IMG/VR virus record: IMGVR_UViG_3300025083_000060 | Coordinates: 1 to 50,470 of that record | Length of the DNA: 50,470 bases | Direction: 5' to 3' (one strand) | Source of the DNA: a virus | Taxonomy: Duplodnaviria > Caudoviricetes | In this document: positions 10,143-19,920 of the stretch, one piece after another | How the letters are laid out: every line of letters starts with the position of its first letter | Numbering within the stretch: the stretch's first letter is position 1 | Position numbers and translations under genes: made by a program | Notes under the pieces: model-generated | Told to the model about the DNA's origin: nothing | What the model saw: only the letters and a program-made list of their open reading frames with translations | The model's database searches: none

Positions 10143-12041
10143 CTATGTTAGGTCTACAATTTCACATACATCTCCCGTACACGCCATAGTCTGCATGGCA
10201 ACAGTGTTATCTTCTTTCTCGTAGTTAGAAAGCTCGCTCCAAGCAATACTAGAAGGCATCAAAGAAAGTAAGTCTTTGTATTTAACTTCTTCAACCTCTT
10301 GATAGGGTGCTTGTTGATAAGTGTGCTCGTTGTAAGGCAAGAAGGATACGCCCGACATTTCGTCAAAGTATTTGTACACAAAGGCACCCACTTCAAACCA
10401 CTCATCCTTACGTACATTGATTGTTACTGAGGGTTTATGCTCACACCAATGTCGTTGATACATCAGCCAAGTTTCTAGCTGCTCAATGGCTGTCATATCT
10501 TCAGTAACCACTGCCTTAGTCGGAGACTTCACAGGGAAACTAAATACTGTTGTTTGATCTGGCTTCATAACACACGGCTCACTAGGTATACCTTGATCTG
10601 TCATGAACTGTGTTAGGGGATCTTTATTATCACCACGCACAGTACGGATATAATAGGGACTATGGCGAGCATGTATGCCACTGGCACTATCCACCAACTG
10701 GGAGACTGTGCCCGATGGTTTAATGCAGCTAATCGCAGCAGCAACAGGTATACCAAGACGTTCAGCCCATTCAGCATTAGTAGAAACACAAATCCCACGA
10801 AGATGTTCAAGAGTCTTCTCCAAGCCTTTGTTCTTAGTAGTCATCAAAGGATTGTCCATTATCCCTGTAAGTGACACACCCAACAGACGCTCTTCTTCTG
10901 TGTTCTTGTTCCACACCTTACGCAAGTATGGAAACTTGGTGTAGGTGGATTGTATGGTTCCCAGAATCGTAGCCAGTCTAACCTTACGTTCAAGGTCTTC
11001 AATAGTATCTGTCGCACGGATAACAACTTCCGTAAGATTACAGAACTGATTTGGGCGCAAGATGATTTCGCTGCAAGGGTTAGTCCCAAACTCATAGTTA
11101 GGATCACGCCTACCATTTTTTGCAGCTTGTGCTTTACTTGCTTGACGATTAAATACACCACGTTCTCCACTTCCTGATTCTACTAATGCCATCCACTCAC
11201 GCATAAACGACACAGCATCTGGCTTCTCTGTATAGCTCACAGAGTTATTAGCTAAGGCCCGTTGTGGGTCATTCTCCCACCATGCACCTGACTTAGCATG
11301 ACGCATACGATCATCTGACAAGTTAGATAAACTAATCATGGCTGACCTACGTACACCACCTACGACAACTACCTCACCAATCTTACACATGATGTCGTGA
11401 CACTCAATGCTAGATAGCTTACGTCCTTGTGCATTCTTGAATGTATTAATAACAAAGTTAAACAACTCAACAAGAGGTGCTGGCCCAGAGGCTCTGCCAC
11501 CAAAGGTCTTAAGCTTTGCACCTGCAGGACGTACCAAACCAATATCCCACTGAGGGATTTCACCAGCCCAGAGGAGAGCAAGAACTTGACGAAGAGCTTT
11601 AGCCCAACCTTCCTTACTGTCTTTAACAACGATAGTAGTCTCACTGTCGAACAACTCAGGGATCTCAGGAAGCTTACTAATGAACTGACGCTCGACACTG
11701 AAGCCGACTCCCGTACCGCACAAGAGAATGAACATAGCCTCATCGAAGGACTTAGGGTCCTCTACGGGTAGGTAACTACAGTTATACATGCAAGTGTTGT
11801 CACGGTTAGCTGCTGGACCTGCGGTCATCATGGCTCGCATGGAAGGCATAACCTCTAGGTTAAGAATAGAAAACATTAAATCATCCTTAGTGTTCTCATC
11901 AATCTTATGCCCTACTACATTGTTAATGTAACGATCTACTGTTTCGCCCCAAGACTCTCTTCGTCCTTCATCATCAAGCCATCGTGCATACCGTGAGGTA
12001 TGAATAAAAGCTTGGTAGTCTGTTGGTAGGTAGTTATTCAT
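10143..12041 (-). CDS. nrdJ: class II (adenosylcobalamin-dependent) ribonucleotide reductase
   Basis: 632 aa; YNC, GGVRRSA, TNPCSEI, CIKPSGT motifs and C-terminal CTGDVC; no beta-subunit gene nearby. Confidence 0.92.
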   Translation of the reverse strand: MNNYLPTDYQAFIHTSRYARWLDDEGRRESWGETVDRYINNVVGHKIDENTKDDLMFSILNLEVMPSMRAMMTAGPAANRDNTCMYNCSYLPVEDPKSFDEAMFILLCGTGVGFSVERQFISKLPEIPELFDSETTIVVKDSKEGWAKALRQVLALLWAGEIPQWDIGLVRPAGAKLKTFGGRASGPAPLVELFNFVINTFKNAQGRKLSSIECHDIMCKIGEVVVVGGVRRSAMISLSNLSDDRMRHAKSGAWWENDPQRALANNSVSYTEKPDAVSFMREWMALVESGSGERGVFNRQASKAQAAKNGRRDPNYEFGTNPCSEIILRPNQFCNLTEVVIRATDTIEDLERKVRLATILGTIQSTYTKFPYLRKVWNKNTEEERLLGVSLTGIMDNPLMTTKNKGLEKTLEHLRGICVSTNAEWAERLGIPVAAAISCIKPSGTVSQLVDSASGIHARHSPYYIRTVRGDNKDPLTQFMTDQGIPSEPCVMKPDQTTVFSFPVKSPTKAVVTEDMTAIEQLETWLMYQRHWCEHKPSVTINVRKDEWFEVGAFVYKYFDEMSGVSFLPYNEHTYQQAPYQEVEEVKYKDLLSLMPSSIAWSELSNYEKEDNTVAMQTMACTGDVCEIVDLT

Positions 12042-12424
12042 CTATTATCTCCGCTTCCCTTTAATACACCACGTTGTTCTCTATCGTCTAACTTTGCCAT
12101 GTTCATCTCCATGACCTTCTTTAGGTTGCCCCCAAAGATATTGGCTAACGCTACAGTATAAAACAATACATCACCCAGTTCTTTAAGGACTTCTTCATCT
12201 GTAAATTTATTCTTATCTCTAAATAGTTTCTTTACCTTTTCTGATACTTCTCCTGCCTCTCCTACCAGACCCAAAGTATTTTCTACTAAGCGCTCTCTCC
12301 CTTTAGTGAACACCTTATCCTCTACAAATTGACTGTAGAATCTTACAGGGTCTTGATCGTATTCAGTACTATTCTGAAACATATCGAAATATCCAAACGC
12401 CTCTAAGTCACTCTTGTTAATCAT
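12038..12424 (-). CDS. mazG: MazG-like nucleotide pyrophosphohydrolase
   Basis: LGLVGEAGEVSEKVKK...ELGDVLFY...NMAKL...GSGDNR. Confidence 0.9.
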   Translation of the reverse strand: MINKSDLEAFGYFDMFQNSTEYDQDPVRFYSQFVEDKVFTKGRERLVENTLGLVGEAGEVSEKVKKLFRDKNKFTDEEVLKELGDVLFYTVALANIFGGNLKKVMEMNMAKLDDREQRGVLKGSGDNR

Positions 12425-12591
12425 GGTCTATCCCTTACCAATAACTTTGATATTGTCACATCATCTACGTCATAGAACATATTTAAAACTAACTCTTCTA
12501 TATCTTCTTTGTGTGCCTCTTGTAGAGATGATAGTAGATTGTTATCCTCGTCTACTTTAATTACAAAAGAAACAGTGTAGTCATGTGTCAC
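12421..12591 (-). CDS. hypothetical protein, 56 aa (not in ORF track)
   Basis: GTG start; MTHDYTVSFVIKVDEDNNLL...VRDRP; 4-nt overlaps with both neighbours. Confidence 0.75.
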   Translation of the reverse strand: MTHDYTVSFVIKVDEDNNLLSSLQEAHKEDIEELVLNMFYDVDDVTISKLLVRDRP

Positions 12592-12827
12592 TTGTGAATC
12601 TCCTTTAATGTTTCTACTAACTTGTTGAGATAGTACTGTGCTTTTTCCATATCCTCTACAGGCTTGCCTTTATATCCATGCCTATGTTGATACTTAATTA
12701 AGTTGCCGTGGCAGTAACCTTTGAACTCCTCTGGGGTAAGTACTTGTTTGATATACTCAATACACTCCACTCCATTTCCTATTGTGTAGTGCGGCGGGCT
12801 ATTAACAGGATCAAACTGTTTTGACAT
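12588..12827 (-). CDS. DUF3310 (SaV-like) protein
   Basis: VNSPPHY...ECIEYI...GNLIKYQHRHGYKGKPVEDMEKAQYYL; start moved to MSKQF. Confidence 0.85.
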   Translation of the reverse strand: MSKQFDPVNSPPHYTIGNGVECIEYIKQVLTPEEFKGYCHGNLIKYQHRHGYKGKPVEDMEKAQYYLNKLVETLKEIHK

Positions 12828-13186
12828 CAAGCATTCCCTTTTGTTTTTGTCCATGCATCTAATCGTATAACTTTACCGCTGCTAGTCTTTACATCTACAG
12901 GGGGTAGACCTTCTTCCTCTTCTATAAAATCCATATCTTCCAGATGTTCCAAGTCTAACAAAGCGTTTCTATATTCCATAACTTGTTTGCGTAAAGTTTG
13001 ATTTCTCTCTGCTAAATGTAGGAATGATGTAAGGAATGTAGTTACGTTTAGTAATTCGTCAAGGGTATCCCTATCTAAATCACAATCCTTGGGTACATAA
13101 GTAACTACACTCAACGCATCCTCTTCTTCTGAATCATCTAAGGATAGAATGATAGCTACTTCTTGATTGGATATTTTTCTAACCAT
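12827..13186 (-). CDS. hypothetical protein
   Basis: 119-aa acidic ORF in operon. Confidence 0.7.
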   Translation of the reverse strand: MVRKISNQEVAIILSLDDSEEEDALSVVTYVPKDCDLDRDTLDELLNVTTFLTSFLHLAERNQTLRKQVMEYRNALLDLEHLEDMDFIEEEEGLPPVDVKTSSGKVIRLDAWTKTKGNA

Positions 13187-13633
13187 TTATATTTTCCTTT
13201 GTACAGTAATCTTATCTAAGTTTATGTCAGTAGTAGGATCTTCTTTTAACCATTCTTCCGGGATAACTCTGTGCGCCCATTTAAAATTGTTCTTGTCGCA
13301 CCATTCCTGATACATTGTTTTAGCTCCTTTGTAAAGCTTAGATCTTGAGTTACTAAATACAAACCTAATGTCTAGATGAGGGTGTTGCTTTTTTATCTCC
13401 AAGTGTTTGCGTCTATCTTCACTATCAAAGATACCTTTGGTTTCAATTATTATGTTGTTATCCAACACAAAGTCAGGGGTATAAGTTCTATATCTAAAGT
13501 CTTCCCATTCTATCTTTAGTTTCTCATACCTTACAGACTTCTGATTACTACTCAAGAATGCAGCGACTTCTTTCTCTAAGCCGCTGCGATACCTTCTTGA
13601 GTTATGCCTTCTAGGTTTCTTCTTTGGTGGCAT
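13187..13633 (-). CDS. endonuclease I (T7 gp3-like Holliday junction resolvase)
   Basis: YRSGLE...YTPDFVL...IIETKG...DRRKH...LDIRFVF. Confidence 0.92.
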   Translation of the reverse strand: MPPKKKPRRHNSRRYRSGLEKEVAAFLSSNQKSVRYEKLKIEWEDFRYRTYTPDFVLDNNIIIETKGIFDSEDRRKHLEIKKQHPHLDIRFVFSNSRSKLYKGAKTMYQEWCDKNNFKWAHRVIPEEWLKEDPTTDINLDKITVQRKI

Positions 13634-13820
13634 TAGCGGGTTCCAAAGAAGATTTTAACTCGTTTGTTTTTAACTGCTGCACCGCTTGTACACATTGTGT
13701 AATGTGATTCAAGAGGGCAGATGCATTGGAGCCTATGTTTAATACGTTTAGTATCTCCTTCTGATCCTCTGTCATATCTTCTATATCATATTCTTTGTCG
13801 TCTAGAGTTAGCTTAGTCAT
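13611..13820 (-). CDS. hypothetical protein
   Basis: 69 aa with AAGGA RBS. Confidence 0.7.
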   Translation of the reverse strand: MTKLTLDDKEYDIEDMTEDQKEILNVLNIGSNASALLNHITQCVQAVQQLKTNELKSSLEPANATKEET

Positions 13821-13831
13821 GTCTTTCCTTT

Positions 13832-14677
13832 CTATAAGATGTAATCGACTAGGGGTGCTTCTTTGTTTCCTGAGTAGACCTTAGAGGGTAACGTCTGCAT
13901 AGTAGGCCAGCACTTACGCTTATGTGAACAGAACCTACAGGAAGAGTTTAACTTCATGTTACCTGATGGTTTCTTTCTATACGTTTCTGGTACTGCCCCA
14001 AAGCAGCGCTCAAAAGGTTCATCATTATTAATGTAATCATATGTTCCTTCTATGTCCTCTATTACCTTCTCTTCATTGACACCCTCTGCTGATACGTATT
14101 TAAACTCGCCATTGGATTTGTTGACAACCCACCAACCACCTACACCTACGTTAGCTGCCTTAGCATAACCAACCAGTTGAGGTACATACCCAAATGAGTC
14201 TCCTTGGGCAAGTGTTTCAAAGTTAGTGAACTTGTTAGTGTAGGACCACGGCGATGCAGACTTAACATCATCAAGCTTATTGTCCAGTATCATATCAAAC
14301 TCACCCTTGATATCTTTACCTTCACCTAAGTTCAATGTTACCTTGTCATTGTCTTTAAACTTAACACCAGCTTCACGAAGCAGCCCTTTGAATAACGCCT
14401 CAACAAAATCGCCTAGCATCATCTGTAGTAGGAATGATGTAGGCTTATGCTCATCTGTCTCAGGGTCATTCTTTTCAAACCAGAGTTGGCACTTAGGACG
14501 CCCGATATTAGACATCCTAAGTTTAAATGCATCTCTTGGCCCGCCATTAAACTGCTTCTCTAAAGCCTTAGCAACGTCTGCTACTATGGCTTCAATGTTT
14601 TCTTTAGACATACCTGCATCACCATCTAAGGCTTTGCGTAGATACGAATGTACGGACAGTTCTGCGGGGTGCATCAT
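13832..14677 (-). CDS. PD-(D/E)XK (Cas4-like) exonuclease
   Basis: RMSNIGRPKCQLW, GEFD...DDVKSAS, GYVPQLVGY, C-terminal CRFC...C. Confidence 0.85.
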   Translation of the reverse strand: MMHPAELSVHSYLRKALDGDAGMSKENIEAIVADVAKALEKQFNGGPRDAFKLRMSNIGRPKCQLWFEKNDPETDEHKPTSFLLQMMLGDFVEALFKGLLREAGVKFKDNDKVTLNLGEGKDIKGEFDMILDNKLDDVKSASPWSYTNKFTNFETLAQGDSFGYVPQLVGYAKAANVGVGGWWVVNKSNGEFKYVSAEGVNEEKVIEDIEGTYDYINNDEPFERCFGAVPETYRKKPSGNMKLNSSCRFCSHKRKCWPTMQTLPSKVYSGNKEAPLVDYIL

Positions 14678-15525
14678 TACTCTGCTTCTTGTACTTCTAC
14701 GATTGAAGAAACAAGATCTGCATCACTAGCACTCAATGCTGATGAACTATTCTCCTGCCACTTCTGAGATACATAACTGTTGGAGTACTCTACCCAGTTC
14801 AAGAAGTCCTGTAGTGTAGCACTGTCCTGCTCTTGAAAGTTTACCTTGCTTCCTAAATCAGCCACTAACACAGCGTACTTAGCACCTGTAGGCAACTCAC
14901 GCTTAGCACTAGAGAGTGCAACAGTATGCTCTACTGGAGTGAGCTTCTTAGACATGATCTTACTTAGTGCATTGTCTAATGACTTCATGCTCTCTGTATT
15001 CTTGATGTCCATAACAAACGGAATCTCATCCTCGTAACCTTGTAAAGGATTACCCGAATAGTCCATTGGATTGTCCAGAATAATCATACCCAGCGTAACC
15101 TTTACACGTTTGATGCTGCGAATAAGATTCTTCGTTGCCTCTGGTAAAGATTGAAAGTCTTCAATGTAACCACTAGGTCGGCCCAAGTTGAACTTACCTG
15201 TGGTATCTTTTAGATCCCCATTCAAACTATTAGACATGAGACTTTTGTTCATTGTCTCTGATGCTGAATCCCAGCGCTGCCACTGCTGACGCTGTGCAAA
15301 CACACGAATAGATGCCTTGCGAGTATAGACAACTTCCCCGTCAGGCATTGTTACTTTGAATGCACCTACAGGTACGGTGATCTTCTCATCATCACCAATA
15401 GATACGGTGATAGGATTGTGCACCTGTGCTACACGAGCAAGGGTTGATGCGGTGGGTGTAGATGACATTCCCATTGCCTCTGATAAAGACATACCATCTA
15501 CGGATAATGCTACTGATGTACTCAT
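14677..15525 (-). CDS. putative single-stranded DNA-binding protein
   Basis: 282 aa between Pol A and exonuclease, acidic tail, own promoter; function inferred from synteny. Confidence 0.55.
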   Translation of the reverse strand: MSTSVALSVDGMSLSEAMGMSSTPTASTLARVAQVHNPITVSIGDDEKITVPVGAFKVTMPDGEVVYTRKASIRVFAQRQQWQRWDSASETMNKSLMSNSLNGDLKDTTGKFNLGRPSGYIEDFQSLPEATKNLIRSIKRVKVTLGMIILDNPMDYSGNPLQGYEDEIPFVMDIKNTESMKSLDNALSKIMSKKLTPVEHTVALSSAKRELPTGAKYAVLVADLGSKVNFQEQDSATLQDFLNWVEYSNSYVSQKWQENSSSALSASDADLVSSIVEVQEAE

Positions 15526-15560
15526 ATTTATTTTCCTTTGTTGAGTTTGTCGGAAGTGAA

Positions 15561-15589
15561 GTTATATCATTAAACGTCTTTTGTGTCAA
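15561..15589 (-). promoter_or_regulatory. sigma70-type promoter for putative SSB
   Basis: minus strand TTGACA-N17-TATAAC. Confidence 0.8.
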
Positions 15590-17648
15590 GCCAATTAGGA
15601 CCAATCTTGGCTTCTAATAACATAGGCACATTCATTTCTACGCCGTATGCTTCGTATATAATTTTGTCTAAGTCCTCGTTAAGATCTGTTATCATTTGTA
15701 TTACATAATCTGTCTCCTCTGGATGTACATCTACCACCATTGAGTCATGCACTGTGTTCACAACTTTAGATTGTAAGGGCATAAGTCTGTTCTCTAGCTC
15801 CATAAGAATGACAGGAGTGACATCCCCTGTAGCAAAGCCCTGCACTGGATAGTTTTTTATGGTAGTAAAATTAGTAGGTGTGCCATTCATACGTCTCTCT
15901 GTATTAGGGAAAGCATACTGTCGGCCTGACACATTGGTTATCTTCTGGTAGCGAACTGCCTCATCTCCTAACTTCTTATGCCAAGCAGCTATACCTTTGT
16001 ACTTCTCGTTGAAGTGCGTGTAGTACGCAGCTTCTGCCTTACTCCTGCCATACCCACTAGCACCAAAGAGAGGAGCAAAGGTATGAGCCTTAGCTTCTTG
16101 TCTGCCCGTAGGTTGCCCTGCATCAGTGATAACCTTTGCAGTGTAAGCGTGTACGTCAAACCCTGTGGCAATCTCTTCCATAGCTACCTTGTCCTGAGAC
16201 AGGAATGCTGCCGCCCTAAATTCAAGCTGGGCAAAGTCTGCTTCCATAACGCTCCCGTCTTTCCAGCGTGAAACAAAGACACGTTTGACTGGGAATGTAT
16301 TACCTCGTGGCATGTTCTGCATGTTAGGGTTACGCCCACTGAACCTGCCCGTTGAAGTTATGTGCTGGGTAAGACCTACATGAAGGAATCCATCAGGCTT
16401 AGTATAAGTACGTATGCCATCAACAAAACTAGAAAGGTAAGAACTGATAGCGCTAAGCCGCTTAAGATCTGAAAGAAAAGATACTGCACTTTCCATGTTA
16501 TTTGTTTTAGCCGTTGCAATAAGTGCATCCATGTTATCCTTTCCTGTACTGAAACCATTGGCACTAACCCATGATTTACTAGGTGGGAAGAAGCCTAAGC
16601 CTGCCATCTCGTTTGTCTGCTGTAGCTGGTAGCCTCGTGCATCACAGTCCTTACACTTGTTAGCTTTGCTGTATCTTGAACCATCTTTCTTCTTCTTGAA
16701 AGCCTTGCCTTCTCCATCACAAGTAGGACAAGTAAAAGCCTTAGTCTTACGTAACAGGGTACTGTTTTTGTTTACTGCGTCTTTATACTCTTCAGCAGTA
16801 GAAGTATATTCAAACAGATCTGCCCATTCCTTTTTGTTGTTTACCTTTCTACTGAACAGTACCTGAGAGGATTGCTCTGGACTATTAAGATTGATAGGCG
16901 TGTCACCCATAAGCTCTCTTGTTTTCTTCTGTAGTCTTTCTTCTATCTCTGCTTTCTCTTTCTCAAACTCCTGTTGCACTACATCTAAAGCATCCTGATC
17001 TATCTTGATGCCATTCATATAGATACGAGTAAGTGTCTTACAGACGTTGAACGTGATATCCCGGATAGTATGTAAAGACTTTGACTCTGGTGCGTTGTAG
17101 TCTACCTCAGTAGCTTTATACAAAGCTGCAGTTGTTTTTAGATCACACGATAAGTAATGTGTTAGTTCATCTAGAGGTATCTGATTTGTACCATAGCCAT
17201 CCTTGAAGTATCTCTTTAGGGTATCGTCCTTCTGATAGTACAACTCTCTACGCTTAGCACAATTGTCTAAGCTCAGTGATTTCTTTTTAACACTACCTGT
17301 AACTAATATCTCTAAGTGATCCCCTCGCATTAGTACATACTCTGCCAGCATAGTATCATAGATCTTACCGTCATACTTGAAACCACTAGCCCATAGCCAC
17401 GCCAAATCATGCTGTGCATTGTGCATGATAAGTAGTGTGGTAGTATCTAATATAGCTTGTACAGCTTTGAATGCATCTCCACTATAATCTTGCTGCTCCT
17501 CATGATCAAACGTATAGATGTATTGACGGTGAGTATCTACATCCTGCACACCTACTTGTGTCAGTGTATTGTCTGACTCAAAGGGGTCCATGTGTAGTTT
17601 GTTGTTTCGTTTGGTAGTTGTATTCTCGACATCAAGAACACGCTTCAT
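15570..17648 (-). CDS. polA: family A DNA polymerase with 3'-5' exonuclease and DnaJ-type Zn-finger insertion
   Basis: DVE/HNAQHD exonuclease motifs; CPTCDGEG and CKDCDARG; TGRFSGRNPNMQN; DFAQLE; NYPVQG; VHDS. Confidence 0.95.
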   Translation of the reverse strand: MKRVLDVENTTTKRNNKLHMDPFESDNTLTQVGVQDVDTHRQYIYTFDHEEQQDYSGDAFKAVQAILDTTTLLIMHNAQHDLAWLWASGFKYDGKIYDTMLAEYVLMRGDHLEILVTGSVKKKSLSLDNCAKRRELYYQKDDTLKRYFKDGYGTNQIPLDELTHYLSCDLKTTAALYKATEVDYNAPESKSLHTIRDITFNVCKTLTRIYMNGIKIDQDALDVVQQEFEKEKAEIEERLQKKTRELMGDTPINLNSPEQSSQVLFSRKVNNKKEWADLFEYTSTAEEYKDAVNKNSTLLRKTKAFTCPTCDGEGKAFKKKKDGSRYSKANKCKDCDARGYQLQQTNEMAGLGFFPPSKSWVSANGFSTGKDNMDALIATAKTNNMESAVSFLSDLKRLSAISSYLSSFVDGIRTYTKPDGFLHVGLTQHITSTGRFSGRNPNMQNMPRGNTFPVKRVFVSRWKDGSVMEADFAQLEFRAAAFLSQDKVAMEEIATGFDVHAYTAKVITDAGQPTGRQEAKAHTFAPLFGASGYGRSKAEAAYYTHFNEKYKGIAAWHKKLGDEAVRYQKITNVSGRQYAFPNTERRMNGTPTNFTTIKNYPVQGFATGDVTPVILMELENRLMPLQSKVVNTVHDSMVVDVHPEETDYVIQMITDLNEDLDKIIYEAYGVEMNVPMLLEAKIGPNWLDTKDV

Positions 17649-17662
17649 ATTAATATACCTTC

Positions 17663-18898
17663 CTACGCAGAATACTGCGCTCTAGCTCCATCTAACTCGC
17701 AGGGTATCTTACCATGCCAGCCACCTTTTAACTTGTTCTTAGCCAGTACAAGATAGCGCTGATTGTCTACCTCATCCTCATCCCCTAGCTCTGCCATTGA
17801 AGGGTTCTTAGATATAAGAATCATGAGGTCTGCCTCTGCAGCCTTGCCTGTTTTACTCCCTTCAAGCATAGACTGGTCTACGTTAATCCTATTCTCTGCT
17901 GCTGCAGACAATTGGGACATCCATATAATTGCTGTGTTGTATTGCTTTGCAATGTTACGTGCATGAATAGCCGCATCCTTTAGGTACACGTCTGACTTGT
18001 CACTGGTACGAGGTGCAAACTTATCACCCATGTCAAGTACCACAATGTCAGGCTTGTAGTTTTTAATAGCCGCCTCTACCCATACCATGTCTTTACCCGT
18101 ACTGTCGTACAGATCTATGTTATCTCTAACACGTTGGTATCTTGTCGAAGCTAAAGGAAAGTTATCTTTAACTTCTTCCATAGTCAGGCTGGTAGCAGCA
18201 GTAAGATAGCGAAAAGCTACACGTTCATACGCCTCTTCATTACAAAGAATAAGACAACGTGCACCCTGCTTCGCAAAACCATTAGGCCCTGCAATAAGAG
18301 ATGCATGAAAGCTTGTCTTACCTGTGTTAGGCCGTGCGCCTACAATTAAGAAGTGCCCACCACTAATACCCTCAACCTTACGGTGTAAGCTAGGGATGTT
18401 GAACTTCCACTGAGATTGTTTCTCGTTAGCCTTGAGCAGTGTCTCAATAGATATATCACAGAAATTTAAGTTAAGGCTTGGGGTAAAGTCATCCTCGTAA
18501 TCACTCAGTAGTTTTCTCAGTGGCTCAAGACTTTTCTGTGTACCATTAACATAATCAAAACCTATGTTGGCTACCTCTTCCCCTACCATCTGCTGAAAAA
18601 GTTTAGACAAAACTTCCTTGGCGATAGGCTTAGACATAGGTTCTTCTTTGCGGATCTTGTTAAAGATTTCCTTATATACTGTCTTGTTAGATGTAGTAAG
18701 TGTTGCGTTGGAAGAGAAGAACAAGCCCTCTACTTCCGACACAGATAGATCCTTATCATACTCCTGCATAGCCATCTCTACGGTGTGTTTAATCTTTCTA
18801 ACATCTTTCGTAAAGAGTTTGTCTGGGGTACGGATACCCTTATGTCCCTCATAAAATTCTTTATTCATGAGAGATCTTATGAGTGCTAATTCCATCAT
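17663..18898 (-). CDS. DnaB/gp4-like replicative helicase
   Basis: Walker A GARPNTGKT; VVLD; SQL; AEADL; KNK. Confidence 0.9.
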   Translation of the reverse strand: MMELALIRSLMNKEFYEGHKGIRTPDKLFTKDVRKIKHTVEMAMQEYDKDLSVSEVEGLFFSSNATLTTSNKTVYKEIFNKIRKEEPMSKPIAKEVLSKLFQQMVGEEVANIGFDYVNGTQKSLEPLRKLLSDYEDDFTPSLNLNFCDISIETLLKANEKQSQWKFNIPSLHRKVEGISGGHFLIVGARPNTGKTSFHASLIAGPNGFAKQGARCLILCNEEAYERVAFRYLTAATSLTMEEVKDNFPLASTRYQRVRDNIDLYDSTGKDMVWVEAAIKNYKPDIVVLDMGDKFAPRTSDKSDVYLKDAAIHARNIAKQYNTAIIWMSQLSAAAENRINVDQSMLEGSKTGKAAEADLMILISKNPSMAELGDEDEVDNQRYLVLAKNKLKGGWHGKIPCELDGARAQYSA

Positions 18899-19440
18899 AC
18901 TTTATTGGCCTCGCTTCTTTCTATGGCACGTTTACGTTCTTCATCAGTCATGTCTGATATAGATCTACTCTTTACCTTTTCAATAAGCTCTAATGCATTT
19001 TGCCATGAAAGCTTGAACCATTCTTTAACGTAGTCATTGGACATAGATTTAGCAAGGTCGTGTACATCTGACTCTGCCTTACGTCTGTCACTGAAATGGG
19101 CATACCCTCGTAGGTGAAAGTCTCTGAAGGGACTAGACGTTTGATATGCATTAACCCTATCCTCAACATCAATAGCCATACCAATCTTAACCCAGTCACG
19201 CCATGCAGGATTAGTCAGAGCATATACATAGCCTTCCTTGGTGTTAGAGTACTTACCTAACCCTTCAAAGGCTGCATCATTAAAAGATTTATATCGTCCC
19301 GGCTTATGTAAGTCATGCGTCTGTGGAATATACTTACCGTTGACCCACATACGGCTCTCATTTCTTTTACGCATAGCATCTGGGCTATCCTTGTAATACT
19401 TATCACGGCCTGTCGTATCGTTATGTTCTTTCTTATACAT
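18895..19440 (-). CDS. GIY-YIG superfamily (T5orf172/MUG113-like) protein
   Basis: GYVYALTNPAWRDWVKIGMA...RVNAYQTSSP...E...H...EWF. Confidence 0.8.
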   Translation of the reverse strand: MYKKEHNDTTGRDKYYKDSPDAMRKRNESRMWVNGKYIPQTHDLHKPGRYKSFNDAAFEGLGKYSNTKEGYVYALTNPAWRDWVKIGMAIDVEDRVNAYQTSSPFRDFHLRGYAHFSDRRKAESDVHDLAKSMSNDYVKEWFKLSWQNALELIEKVKSRSISDMTDEERKRAIERSEANKV

Positions 19441-19621
19441 GTTTTTCTTTCCCTATATAGGCTGAATAGTTTATTACTCGTCCTGTATTCCACCTTGCAG
19501 CTTCTGTCTCTGCTTCTTTTTCCGTACTGAATGTGCGTACCTCTGTGTCATACGTCCAAGGATCTTCCTTTCTTACTAAGGTGTATTCACCTTTCTCTAT
19601 TTCAATCTGAACTGCGTACAT
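19433..19621 (-). CDS. hypothetical protein
   Basis: 62 aa with AAGGA RBS. Confidence 0.7.
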   Translation of the reverse strand: MYAVQIEIEKGEYTLVRKEDPWTYDTEVRTFSTEKEAETEAARWNTGRVINYSAYIGKEKHV

Positions 19622-19775
19622 CTTTAATCCTTTCTGATTCTAAACCCGCCTTAACTAAGGCAACAAACCCTACGTTAAAGATAGCTGCGAATATCTCAGG
19701 GGCACATTCTATTTGTAGAGTAGCGCTACCATCACGATGTTCTTCTACATCTATTACTTTTATCTCATTCATCAT
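19602..19775 (-). CDS. hypothetical protein, 57 aa (not in ORF track)
   Basis: MMNEIKVIDVEEHRDGSATLQIEC...RSSD; GGAG RBS. Confidence 0.7.
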   Translation of the reverse strand: MMNEIKVIDVEEHRDGSATLQIECAPEIFAAIFNVGFVALVKAGLESERIKDVRSSD

Positions 19776-19920
19776 TCACTCCTATACATGGTAACAAGAT
19801 AGACAGCTTGCAGTACTTAGGGTACTCATCATATGTCATAGCTATCAGCACGGGTGGTGCTGCTATAAGTAAAGCTACAATAGCTGACGCCTTGATTGCA
19901 CCATTGATGTTACCCCTCAT
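19765..19920 (-). CDS. small membrane protein, 51 aa (not in ORF track)
   Basis: MRGNINGAIKASAIVALLIAAPPVLIAM...; TAATG coupling with thyX stop. Confidence 0.65.
   Translation of the reverse strand: MRGNINGAIKASAIVALLIAAPPVLIAMTYDEYPKYCKLSILLPCIGVNDE

Noticed and set aside
15547-15554. TGTCGGA half-site next to the SSB promoter (similar at ~48914)
   Set aside because: Only 7 bp of the motif; expected by chance
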